This document shows positions 1 through 9,334 of a DNA stretch of 61,453 nucleotides, piece after piece; within the stretch, counting starts at the first letter, position 1, and each line of letters opens with the position of its first letter. The stretch is from NCBI GenBank assembly GCA_041303805.1, contig JBFYOM010000001.1:1-61453 (forward strand), read 5' to 3'. Origin of the DNA: Micrococcales bacterium. GTDB taxonomy: Bacteria; Actinomycetota; Actinomycetes; Actinomycetales; Microbacteriaceae. The notes under the pieces were generated by a model. It worked only from the letters and a program-made list of their open reading frames with translations. It did no database searches and was not told the DNA's origin. The translations under genes were made by a program, and so were the position numbers.

Positions 1-1287
1 GTACTACTGGCAACCAGCTCCGCTCTGATCGGTCGCCGTTTCAAGGTTGTAGCTCTACCCGGACTAACCGAGGGCGTCTGGCCAAATGTGAAACCGAGAT
101 CCTCACTTCTCGGAGCCATGGCCCTAGACGCCAAACTCACTTCCGATCTAAAGGCTCAGCAGCGTGATGAGATTAAAGACGAGCACCGTCTTCTACAAAA
201 AGCTATCGGCGCTGCATCCGAGCGTCTAATCGTCTCGGCTGTCGATGGTGAAGAAACACAAATTTCGCAGTTCGTACGAATCCTGCTTGGCGAAGTCCCA
301 GAAACCCAACCCTACGCGGAGCCGAGATACACGTTACGCGGGTTGGTTGGAACTCTGCGAAGGAAACTGCTCAGTGCTGAATCGGAATCCGAACGCTTGA
401 CTGCAGCATATGGATTAGCCAGGCTGGCGCTCGAGGGGCAAACGGGAGCGCATCCAGATCAGTGGGCTGGAATTATCGATTTTGAAAGCCCTGAGGCGCT
501 GGTGCCACTCACCGACGATGAAACCGGCAAGGTCTGGATCTACCCGTCTCAGCTGGATGCATTCATCCGATGTCCTCTGCACTGGTTCATGCAGGCGCAT
601 GGAGGAACAGATCGAAGTTTCGAAGCCAATTTCGGAACGCTGCTCCACCAAGTATTGGAAGAGACCAAAGCAATCAGTTATGGCGAACTTTGGCGAAACG
701 TTGAAAGCAAGTGGCACACTCTCGAATTCGAAGCTGGCTGGGTTGAGAAAAAGGAATTGCGTAAAGCTCAAAAAATGGTGCGGCATCTCAGCACATATTT
801 AGAGGGTCAAAAGGAAGCGGGTTATCAACTCCTCGGAGCCGAAGTTGGAATCGATTTTGAACTTGGGCGCGCGAGAGTGCGAGGAAGAGTCGACCGCGTT
901 GAGCAAGGCCCCGACGGTCAAGTGATGATCGTTGACTTGAAAACGGGAAAGACCGCGCCCAAGGCTGAAGAGAATGCTCAGCTCGGTCTTTACCAAATTG
1001 CATTTCTTGAGGGAGGGCTGCAAACGGAATCCGGTGAGGGTACTGCGCTTGAGGGTGCTTCCCTGGTTCTCGTTGGCGGTGAAAAGGTTGCAATCAAGAG
1101 TCAACCTTCTCTGGAGGAGGCCCCAGACCTGCAAGAAAACTTCCGCAATCTAATCGACCAGGCCATCATCGGCATGGCAGCCGAAGATGCTACTTTCCAG
1201 GCGAACATCGGCACCCATTGCTATGACGAAAACGGTTATGGCAACTGCAAAATTTTGTTGACGAAAGCGGTTTCTTATGTCGAATAG
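1..1287 (+). CDS. adnA: AdnA helicase-nuclease subunit, C-terminal part (5'-truncated by window edge)
   Basis: Frame is open from base 1 (VVALPGLTEGVWPN). RecB-type nuclease motifs RGRVDRVE, IVDLKTG and QLGLYQ are present. Overlaps the start of a second UvrD-nuclease gene, which is the AdnAB arrangement. Confidence 0.9.
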   Translation, partial: VLLATSSALIGRRFKVVALPGLTEGVWPNVKPRSSLLGAMALDAKLTSDLKAQQRDEIKDEHRLLQKAIGAASERLIVSAVDGEETQISQFVRILLGEVPETQPYAEPRYTLRGLVGTLRRKLLSAESESERLTAAYGLARLALEGQTGAHPDQWAGIIDFESPEALVPLTDDETGKVWIYPSQLDAFIRCPLHWFMQAHGGTDRSFEANFGTLLHQVLEETKAISYGELWRNVESKWHTLEFEAGWVEKKELRKAQKMVRHLSTYLEGQKEAGYQLLGAEVGIDFELGRARVRGRVDRVEQGPDGQVMIVDLKTGKTAPKAEENAQLGLYQIAFLEGGLQTESGEGTALEGASLVLVGGEKVAIKSQPSLEEAPDLQENFRNLIDQAIIGMAAEDATFQANIGTHCYDENGYGNCKILLTKAVSYVE

Positions 1288-4200
1288 AGCCATCACAGCC
1301 GATGAGGCTTATCAGGTCTTCAAGCAAAACTCGTCGCTGACTCTCACAGCTGACCAGGTAAAAGCAGTAACGTCCGAGAGCGACCGACCGACCTTGGTGG
1401 TTGCCGGTGCTGGCTCTGGAAAAACCGAACTTATGGCCACTCGCGTGGTCTGGCTCGTGGCTAACGGTAAGTGCGAACCCCAGCAAATTCTTGGGTTGAC
1501 CTTCACGAGGAAAGCGGCATCCGAATTATCAAAGCGAATAAACAACGCGCTTACCGCTCTTGCCAAAGACGTAAATTTGTGGCCGACCGGGCTAGACCGA
1601 AACTTCACAGCACCCAACATCACCACCTACAACTCGTATGCAAATACTCTTTACCGCGACTACGCACTTTCGCTTGGCTATGAGGATGACTCAACTTTGC
1701 TCACGGATGCCAGCCGTTTTCAATTAGCCAGAGAAGTTGTTGTTAAATACGGGGAAGAAATTGACCCGCGAATTGTTGACTCTGAATTGAGCCTTAATTC
1801 CGTCGTTGACGGTGTTCTTACTTTGGCCGGAGCTATGAACGATCACAATGTGACTCCTGAGGAAATTGAAAAATACATCGCAGGGTTCTACAAGAAGATA
1901 GCAAGTTTGCCGGCCAGCTCCAGGGCAAAGGTAACTGCTGAGCAACCAATTGGTTCAACACTTCTTTCGAGTATTTCTGGTGCGCTGAGCACACCAATGC
2001 TCGCCAATCTTGCGCAGGCATTCATTGAGGAAAAGAAGCGACGCAGTTACATTGATTTCTCAGATCAAGTTGCCCTGGCCTATCGAGCCGTCATGGAGCT
2101 TGGAGATACAGTCCGAACCAGGGAATCAGGGCAGTACACACAGGTGTTGCTAGATGAATTCCAAGACACCAGCACCATGCAAATAGAGCTTCTCGCAGGG
2201 CTTTTTTCTGGACAGTCTGTTTTCGCGGTCGGCGACCCCAATCAATCGATCTATGGTTGGCGCGGCGCTAGCGCCTCTAACCTAGGCGACTTTCTTCTGA
2301 AGTTCCGAGGCTCGGGAACAGAAATCGAAATGAGGCATCTTTCCCGGTCATGGCGCAACCCAAAGGTTGTCTTAAAGTTGGCCAACGAAATCTTGAAGCC
2401 GCTTGAAGCATCCCCCGCATTTTTGCAAAACCGGCCGCCACTTCCCAAAGTTGAGATCCAAGAACTGGATGCTCCAGATGGTGCAAAAGAAGGTCAAATC
2501 ACCGTTTACTTCGCAGATCAGGTAGCTAATGAAGCCAAGTTCACGGCGAAATGGTTGATCGAGAATATGGGTGAAGGTCCGCTGGAAAAACGCCCGACCG
2601 CTGCAGTCCTAATGAGAAGTCGAAACATGATGTCGGTCTTCGAAACGGAACTGCGTGATGCCGGGTTGAATGTCGAAGTCGTGGGGCTTGGGGGATTGCT
2701 AGAGTCTCCAGAGATAGTTGACTTGATAGCCGCACTGCGCGTTGTTCACTATCCACAAGCCGGCGCTCATCTAATGCGCCTGCTAACCGGGCCGAGATGG
2801 CAGGTAGAGCCGAAAGACATTGAGCGACTAAGCCGCTATGCGCGAAACCTTGCCCGTTTTTGGAATCGCGACAGCAAGAAAGTGTCGGGAAGTGAAGCTG
2901 AGGCATCAATAATTGACGCTCTGGACAATCTTCTAGACGAGTCCGAAAGTGAGCAGCTACCGGCCTTTTCGGAAAGGGGTCTGGCGGCGCTTCGAAACTG
3001 CGCTGGCCTCCTCAGGCAGTTGCGCTCTAGGACCGGAATGCCCCTACCCGAATTTGTGCGAGCCGTTGAGCAAGAGCTTTGGCTGGACATCGAGCTAGCA
3101 GCCAACCCTAGACGAATCGATCCGATGGCAAATCTCAATGCCTTTGCCAATTTGGTCAGTGGCTATGCCGACACAACGACGGCTACCCTTGGCGGATTCC
3201 TAGAGTGGCTTGAGTACGCAAACCTCAAAGAACGCTTCGAAACACCCTCAGTTTCCGCACGCAACGGCGTTGTCCAGCTGATAACCGCTCACACCGCCAA
3301 AGGTCTTGAGTGGGATTTGGTGGCAGTACCTCGACTGGTCGAAGGCTCCTTCCCGGGTATTCAATCCACTCAAGGTTGGCTTTCTTCTGGAGAGTTGCCT
3401 TTTGCACTTCGAGGAGATGCCTCGTCTCTGCCCAGCATGGATTTCTCAGGCTGTGAGGATCAGACGGCTGCCGGTAAAGTCATCGAGCAATTCAAGAAAG
3501 TTGATCAATTCGAGAATCTGATGCGGGAGGAACGTCGTTTAGCATACGTTGCCTTTACGCGACCCAAACACAAATTGCTGCTTTCCGGTTCGAAATGGAA
3601 ACCGGGTGTCAAAAATGCTTCGCAGCCTAGCCAGTTCTTAGTAGAAGCTGCTCTGCTGAGTGACCCTCGAATTGAAGTAATCGACCGCGTAAATTCCTCC
3701 GAGAATCCGTTGCCGACTTACGACGAGCTTGATACCAACCCTGCGGATTTGACGGCTTTGGAAGAGATCTGGCCGATGGAACCGCTTGGTGAAAAACACC
3801 GCAAAAAGGTCAACGAAGCCAAGTCCAAAGTTGATCAGGCGATTTCGGCAACGGCTCCCAGTCGTTCAGAAATCGATGACACCATCGACCGATTGTTGGC
3901 CGAACGGGAACTTTTGAAAACACGATCCCAGCAGGTGAAACTTCCAGTGCGAATTTCAGCGTCACGTTTTAAGGAATTCGTTTTTGACTTACCCAAGATT
4001 GTTGAGATGTACCGTCGGCCCTTGCCGGAACGCCCTTACAAGCAAACCATGGCGGGAACGCTCTTCCACTCCTGGATTGAAGCTCGGTTCGGTGCGCTCA
4101 ACATAAGCGATGAACTGGATTCGATGGTCCTAGAGACTGAGGATTCAGCCACTGAAAAGACGATGGACGAACTCAAAGCCATTTTTGAGGGCTCTCGATT

Positions 4201-4546
4201 TGCCAAGATGACTCCGCACTCAATCGAAGGTGAAATTCAGGTGACCATCAAGGGAAACACTTTCATCTGCAAACTCGACGCAGTTTTCAAGACCGAGAAT
4301 GGTTACGAAATTGTGGACTGGAAAACCGGAAAGCCTCCCGTTACGGAAAAAGAGATTTCCGATCGTTCGCTGCAGTTGGCTTTGTACCGAATGGCGTTCT
4401 CGCGTCTTCACAAGGTCAACCCAGATCAGATTGAAGTATGCCTTTACTACGTGGCAGATGATTTAGAAATCAAACCTGAGTTGATTCCCGATGAGGCTGA
4501 ACTAATCTCCCTGTGGGACTCAGTTTTGGAAAAGGTTGTTAGCTAA
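1277..4546 (+). CDS. adnB: AdnB ATP-dependent DNA helicase-nuclease subunit
   Basis: Walker A AGAGSGKT, DEFQD, VGDPNQSIYGWRGA, HTAKGLEW, EERRLAYVAFTR; C-terminal nuclease KLDAV, IVDWKTG, QLALY. Confidence 0.93.
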   Translation: MSNRAITADEAYQVFKQNSSLTLTADQVKAVTSESDRPTLVVAGAGSGKTELMATRVVWLVANGKCEPQQILGLTFTRKAASELSKRINNALTALAKDVNLWPTGLDRNFTAPNITTYNSYANTLYRDYALSLGYEDDSTLLTDASRFQLAREVVVKYGEEIDPRIVDSELSLNSVVDGVLTLAGAMNDHNVTPEEIEKYIAGFYKKIASLPASSRAKVTAEQPIGSTLLSSISGALSTPMLANLAQAFIEEKKRRSYIDFSDQVALAYRAVMELGDTVRTRESGQYTQVLLDEFQDTSTMQIELLAGLFSGQSVFAVGDPNQSIYGWRGASASNLGDFLLKFRGSGTEIEMRHLSRSWRNPKVVLKLANEILKPLEASPAFLQNRPPLPKVEIQELDAPDGAKEGQITVYFADQVANEAKFTAKWLIENMGEGPLEKRPTAAVLMRSRNMMSVFETELRDAGLNVEVVGLGGLLESPEIVDLIAALRVVHYPQAGAHLMRLLTGPRWQVEPKDIERLSRYARNLARFWNRDSKKVSGSEAEASIIDALDNLLDESESEQLPAFSERGLAALRNCAGLLRQLRSRTGMPLPEFVRAVEQELWLDIELAANPRRIDPMANLNAFANLVSGYADTTTATLGGFLEWLEYANLKERFETPSVSARNGVVQLITAHTAKGLEWDLVAVPRLVEGSFPGIQSTQGWLSSGELPFALRGDASSLPSMDFSGCEDQTAAGKVIEQFKKVDQFENLMREERRLAYVAFTRPKHKLLLSGSKWKPGVKNASQPSQFLVEAALLSDPRIEVIDRVNSSENPLPTYDELDTNPADLTALEEIWPMEPLGEKHRKKVNEAKSKVDQAISATAPSRSEIDDTIDRLLAERELLKTRSQQVKLPVRISASRFKEFVFDLPKIVEMYRRPLPERPYKQTMAGTLFHSWIEARFGALNISDELDSMVLETEDSATEKTMDELKAIFEGSRFAKMTPHSIEGEIQVTIKGNTFICKLDAVFKTENGYEIVDWKTGKPPVTEKEISDRSLQLALYRMAFSRLHKVNPDQIEVCLYYVADDLEIKPELIPDEAELISLWDSVLEKVVS

Positions 4547-5637
4547 AAGAGTTGATCGTCTTGCTTTGAGGGCAATTCGATTGGTCTAGTTTTCAAATCG
4601 CTAACATCGATTTCGTCATTGTTGACTTCCTCTGGAATAACCAGATGGTTTCCTGTTTCAAGCTCGATGTCCTCTGAAAGGATTAGCGCTGAGGCTCCTG
4701 TGAAAGAAATTGGTCCCAGAGGCATGGCCGATCCATCTTCCACCAATGCCGAAATGGTTTCCAGCTCCGAAGCAGCCCAATCGGCTTCGTCGTGGTTCGA
4801 ATTGGAAATTGAACTCACTAGATAGCTGGCAACGGCAAGTTCGCTGTAAAGCACGGCCCGAGGAACCAGATTCGTGTCTAGGTCTGAAATGTTCTCTAGG
4901 TAACTCGCCTTAACCGCCGCCAGCGTTTCTGGATTTTGCAACGCAGCGAAAGCAACGAAGTCCTCTGCAGGGTCGCCGATACACAAGTTTGACCAAGAAA
5001 TTACTCCGCTAACTTCTTCGCCAAGTTCTAAAACATTGGCGCCAATGAAATTACCGTGAATGACAGTCGGTTGAAAACGAAAGAGATCAAGATCTTCCAG
5101 CGCGCTTTCCCAACGCTGCAGAAGGGTTGCCGGCACCCGACCCGTTGAAGCGGCGCGGTCCAGTTCGGAAATCCTCAGATCCCGGATTTCGCTGGCACTT
5201 CTGTTGGGCATACCCGAGCGGGCAATTGCTTCGCGGTCCAGCGAGTGGATTGAAGCAAGCGAGCGACCAAGGCTAGAAACTATCACGTCGTCCGGGTTCA
5301 AGTCTTCAAACTCAAGGTGAGTTCCGTAGATGAAATCTATGATTTGCACTGTGTTTCCCCGAGGACCGGTTCCTTCTGCAACAAGGTTTGGAAGGTTGAA
5401 AGGAAGTGTGCCAGAGGATTTCACAGCACGAACTGCCTGAGTGTCAGTGGCTAGCTCCAGGTTCCCCTTGGCACTTCTTGATGCGCGCACTATCGACTGA
5501 ATGCCGTCGCCATCGGTTAGTATCGCGGATTCAAAATTTAGCGGGCCGTCGGTCACGATCGACTTGGCCTGCTTGAAGTTTCCAGACGGGAAAATCGACT
5601 TTGCGAGCGCCGCTAAAATTAAAGGTGAACTTGCCAT
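4543..5637 (-). CDS. Aminoglycoside/macrolide phosphotransferase-fold protein with degenerate catalytic motifs
   Basis: LGRSLASIHSL, PTVIHGNF and GVISWS..IGDPAED fit the APH/MPH layout. TAACCT -10 lies 6 nt before the ATG. Confidence 0.75.
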   Translation of the reverse strand: MASSPLILAALAKSIFPSGNFKQAKSIVTDGPLNFESAILTDGDGIQSIVRASRSAKGNLELATDTQAVRAVKSSGTLPFNLPNLVAEGTGPRGNTVQIIDFIYGTHLEFEDLNPDDVIVSSLGRSLASIHSLDREAIARSGMPNRSASEIRDLRISELDRAASTGRVPATLLQRWESALEDLDLFRFQPTVIHGNFIGANVLELGEEVSGVISWSNLCIGDPAEDFVAFAALQNPETLAAVKASYLENISDLDTNLVPRAVLYSELAVASYLVSSISNSNHDEADWAASELETISALVEDGSAMPLGPISFTGASALILSEDIELETGNHLVIPEEVNNDEIDVSDLKTRPIELPSKQDDQLF

Positions 5638-5701
5638 AAGTTCAGGTTAGAAGAACCAATCGTTTTGTAGGCGTTACGCCACGCACAGCAGTCAAGAAGG
5701 G

Positions 5702-6613
5702 ATGTCGATGAGCGAGCCCATTTCGCTGGATTTGCCCCTGGCAAAAATCGCTCTTGACCGCGACTATTTGAGTCGAATTCGCCCGAATCTTTTTGAAGAA
5801 CTGTGGGCCAACCCGACCACTAGGGTTTTGCAAATGTGGCGAGGAAAAGTGCTTCTGAATCAAGATGGCTCGTTGAAGTTTCTTCCCCCAAGTGAAGTGA
5901 AAAGCACAGACCTTCTGGTCTATCTGGGTAAGGTGCTTGGCTCGATGGAACCTGTCGTCTTAGCCGTTTTACCTGAAAGCCCTGGAGAAAGCACTGTCAA
6001 TAAAGAGGAAGACTGGCACCATCTGCGAAAAAGTGGCATGGGGTTGACCTCGGTAGAAGCCGCAATTTTTACACAGGCCCTGGCGCTTGCAAATTGGCAC
6101 GCTACCCATCGGTTCTGCTCCAATTGCTCGTCCGCAACGGAAAGCATAAAGGGCGGTTGGGTCCTAAGGTGTGTGGATGAGGGGCGTGAAATTTACCCAC
6201 GCACTGACCCTGCAATCATCGTTGGTGTCGTGGATGATCAAGACCGAATTCTTTTGGGATCTCAAGGTATTTGGGAGGAAAATCGATTCAGCATTTTGGC
6301 TGGCTTCGTTGAACCCGGGGAGTCTCTGGATGCCGCGGTCATTCGAGAGATGGCCGAGGAAGCTGGGATTCGAGTGAAAAATCCAAGGTTCCTAGGATCT
6401 CAAGCATGGCCATTTCCGTTTTCGCTGATGGTCGGTTACCTAGCAGAGTATGACGGCGGCCTGCTAACCCCGGATGGGGAAGAGATCGTCAAACTCCGGT
6501 GGTTCTCGAGAGCAGAACTCAAGGCCGAGGTCGGCGACCTTCTTCTTCCTGGTGAACTTTCAATCGCGAGAGTAATTATTGAGCACTGGCTTGGCGAAAA
6601 GCTCGGAGCATAG
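5702..6613 (+). CDS. nudC: NAD(H) diphosphatase, Nudix family
   Basis: Nudix box AGFVEPGESLDAAVIREMAEEAG, SQAWPFP signature, YPRTDPAII; zinc ribbon has only three Cys. Confidence 0.93.
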   Translation: MSMSEPISLDLPLAKIALDRDYLSRIRPNLFEELWANPTTRVLQMWRGKVLLNQDGSLKFLPPSEVKSTDLLVYLGKVLGSMEPVVLAVLPESPGESTVNKEEDWHHLRKSGMGLTSVEAAIFTQALALANWHATHRFCSNCSSATESIKGGWVLRCVDEGREIYPRTDPAIIVGVVDDQDRILLGSQGIWEENRFSILAGFVEPGESLDAAVIREMAEEAGIRVKNPRFLGSQAWPFPFSLMVGYLAEYDGGLLTPDGEEIVKLRWFSRAELKAEVGDLLLPGELSIARVIIEHWLGEKLGA

Positions 6614-6617
6614 TTCT

Positions 6618-8297
6618 GTGAACCCTGAAGAACTTCTGGATGGCTTAGACCCTGAGCAGCGGGAGGCAGCCGAATCATTGGTTGGCCCAACCTGCATCCT
6701 CGCGGGCGCTGGCACGGGGAAAACTCGCACAGTAACTCACCGAATCGCTTATGGAATTGCCAAGGGACACTTCGCTGCCAATCGAGTTTTAGCTCTCACC
6801 TACACCAGTCGCGCAGCCGGAGAATTGCGTGCAAGGCTTCGACAACTCGGCATTCCAGGTGTCGCAGTGAAAACCTTCCACGCAGCGGCACTTAGCCAAC
6901 TCGAATTTTTCTGGCCGCAGCTGGCCGGAGTCCCAGCTCCAAGTGTGCTGACTTCGAAGTCGAAACTTATTGCAAGCGCTGCAGAGTCTCTAAAGCTGCA
7001 GTTCGATGCCGCAATGCTGAGGGATGTGGCTGCAGAAATCGAGTGGCGTAAATACACAATGCGCTCCTTGGAGCAATACGAGCAAATCGTCGATTCCCGT
7101 CCGGCGATCGCCGGTCTTCGAGCAAATCAACTCTTGGCAGTTTTGAAAGCCTACGAAGACTTGAAGATCAAATCGCAAAAACTGGACTGGGAGGATGTCC
7201 TTATCCTCACTTTGGGTATGCTGCAGGCGGAACCCAGAGCTCTGGCCCACGTTCAGCAGCAGTATCGCTTTTTCACCGTGGACGAATACCAAGACATTTC
7301 GCCGCTTCAGCATGCGCTCTTGGATACGTGGCTGGGCGATCGAAGCGACATCTGTGTCGTTGGTGACCCAAATCAAACCATCTACTCATTTACAGGCGCA
7401 TCCAGCGGCTATTTATTGGAGTTTGTATCTACTTACCCCGAAGCAACCGTTGTGAATCTTTCAAAGAATTACCGCTCGACCGGCCGAATCATCGCGCTAG
7501 CAAACCAGGTCGTAAGCGGAGAAACCAGCATGGACGAACTCGTTTCCCAAACATCTCTTGGAGTGGCGCCGGCAGAGATTGGCGCTCAGGATTCCGCTTC
7601 CGAAGCAAAGGCGGTTGCGGCTTCCATAAAGAACCAAATTTCACGGGGCATTCCTGCGAACGAAATTGCCATCCTTTACCGAGTCAATTCTCAGTCTGAG
7701 ATTTTCGAAAAGGCGCTCGGAGAACTGGGAATCGAATACCAGGTGCGCGGCGGTGAGCGGTTCTTCAATCGCCCGGAGATTCTCCAAGTTGTTCGGCTTG
7801 TTAGGGCAGAAACGATTCTGCCAAGCGAGAAACCCCTATACCAGGTTGTTTCTGATGCCTGCCGTGAACTCGGTTGGAAAGCTAAGGAACCTGCCGAGGC
7901 AGGAGCCGTCCGAGAAAAGTGGGAAGCCTTGAATTCCTTCCTAGCAATAGTGGACGAGATGCCTGCAAACTCGTCCATCCACGAGTTTGTAAAGGAAGTT
8001 GACGAGAGGATCAGGTCTCAGCACGAACCGATCAAGGCGGCGGTTACCGTATCCACAATTCACGCTGCGAAAGGTCTCGAGTGGGATTGTGTTTATCTGG
8101 CGGGTTTGAACGAGGGCTTTCTTCCGATTGGGTACGCCAAATCAGACCAAGCACTTCATGAAGAGCGCCGGTTGTTTTACGTGGGAATCACCAGAGCCAG
8201 AAAAGAGTTGGCACTCTCGTATTCGCTGAAGGATTCAGTTAGCGGCAGAGAACGAGTTCGATCGCGCTTTTTAGCTCTCGTGTCTTCAAAGCTCTGA
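6618..8297 (+). CDS. uvrD2: UvrD2-type ATP-dependent DNA helicase without C-terminal HRDC domain
   Basis: AGAGTGKT, VDEYQD, VGDPNQTIYSF, HAAKGLEW, EERRLFYVGITRA. GTG at 6618 preferred over ORF-track start 6579 because it follows the nudC stop. Confidence 0.88.
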   Translation: MNPEELLDGLDPEQREAAESLVGPTCILAGAGTGKTRTVTHRIAYGIAKGHFAANRVLALTYTSRAAGELRARLRQLGIPGVAVKTFHAAALSQLEFFWPQLAGVPAPSVLTSKSKLIASAAESLKLQFDAAMLRDVAAEIEWRKYTMRSLEQYEQIVDSRPAIAGLRANQLLAVLKAYEDLKIKSQKLDWEDVLILTLGMLQAEPRALAHVQQQYRFFTVDEYQDISPLQHALLDTWLGDRSDICVVGDPNQTIYSFTGASSGYLLEFVSTYPEATVVNLSKNYRSTGRIIALANQVVSGETSMDELVSQTSLGVAPAEIGAQDSASEAKAVAASIKNQISRGIPANEIAILYRVNSQSEIFEKALGELGIEYQVRGGERFFNRPEILQVVRLVRAETILPSEKPLYQVVSDACRELGWKAKEPAEAGAVREKWEALNSFLAIVDEMPANSSIHEFVKEVDERIRSQHEPIKAAVTVSTIHAAKGLEWDCVYLAGLNEGFLPIGYAKSDQALHEERRLFYVGITRARKELALSYSLKDSVSGRERVRSRFLALVSSKL

Positions 8298-9275
8298 GCA
8301 GCCACACCCTTCGTGTCGCTGCCAGTTTGACTCTCGCATTGAACGATCTTTCAAGTTCACTAGGGTGTTAACCCCGTCATTCGAATCCACGAAAGAGCAA
8401 ATGTTCCTGGCAGCAATCGAACTTGCCATGAGTAGATTCACCCCGTCGTCTAGTTGGTCCGGTCGCCCGGTGAGCTGAATGCTTTCCGTTGTCCAGTTCG
8501 GTTGGGTGTCGTTTTCCCAGAGGTCCCGACAGGTGAGGCAGGGGTCAATTTTGTGCTGTGTAACTCGGCTAACGAAAATGGAGTCCAACCGATATTCGAT
8601 GGCCAGAAGTGGAAGGTTCTGGTGACGATATTCCTTGGGCAAAATTCGATGCATTCCACTGAGAATGAGAATAGATTGATCCGTTTCGTCAGCCCTTGAG
8701 GTTTGGTTGATCGCAATGCCAGTCAACGCGGATTCGAGAACCGTTCTTGCAGCATTTACCCTGGAAACTCCGAGCAAGTGGTTAGGGTAACCCAATTCAC
8801 CTAGGTCTGCTTGGCCCACCATATCGAAGTCTTGAGTGTTGAAGTTTCTGAATCCATTCTCGGAAAGAGCTTTCATTACCGTGAGTCCGGTTCGATCTAA
8901 CCGTGTCAGTTCGATTGTTTGGTTTGCGCGTTTGCCAACGACTTCCATGGGAGATTGCTCAGTTTGAAACCCAATTCGCAAAATCTCGGCGAACCGCAGG
9001 CTCAAGGGAGAATTACCACCAAAAGTTGCTGCGCTTCGAAGGAGGCTTGGCTTTAAACGATTAACTAATTCCCGGGTCTCCAGATCCGACAGTCCAACCG
9101 AATTTCCAACCAACGAAATTTGATTTTCCGGAACTCCTTCAAACAATAGGTTTATGAGCCGTTCCTGAGCATTCGAAATCTCCCCGAGTTCGTGCCCAGT
9201 GTCCCCAATGCCCAATCGAAGTTCTGAAGCATTTTTCCAAATGGGGATTTTGGATGGGTTTAGTTGGATTGCCAT
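8286..9275 (-). CDS. ThiF/E1-like protein with C-terminal Cys motifs (Rv3196-like)
   Basis: DFDMVGQADL..GVSRVNAA ThiF-like segment, PCLTC and HEGCGC putative Zn ligands; position next to uvrD2 and the zincin-like gene. Confidence 0.6.
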   Translation of the reverse strand: MAIQLNPSKIPIWKNASELRLGIGDTGHELGEISNAQERLINLLFEGVPENQISLVGNSVGLSDLETRELVNRLKPSLLRSAATFGGNSPLSLRFAEILRIGFQTEQSPMEVVGKRANQTIELTRLDRTGLTVMKALSENGFRNFNTQDFDMVGQADLGELGYPNHLLGVSRVNAARTVLESALTGIAINQTSRADETDQSILILSGMHRILPKEYRHQNLPLLAIEYRLDSIFVSRVTQHKIDPCLTCRDLWENDTQPNWTTESIQLTGRPDQLDDGVNLLMASSIAARNICSFVDSNDGVNTLVNLKDRSMRESNWQRHEGCGCSEL

Positions 9276-9313
9276 CTAAAGATTGTGCACTCAAGTTAAA
9301 GTGCGATCAGAAA

Positions 9314-9324
9314 GTTTTACACAG
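9314..9324 (-). promoter_or_regulatory. DnaA-box-like motif CTGTGTAAAAC upstream of the 9275 gene
   Basis: TTTTACACA (9315-9323) matches TTWTNCACA; 26 nt from the CACAAT -10 and 38 nt from the ATG. Confidence 0.5.
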
Positions 9325-9334
9325 CTAGTTCGTA

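Noticed and set aside
5663-5682. GT-N7-AC / GGCGT-T-ACGCC near-palindrome upstream of nudC as a possible NrtR site
   Set aside because: Only the four core bases match and the flanks are not palindromic, so it is indistinguishable from chance.
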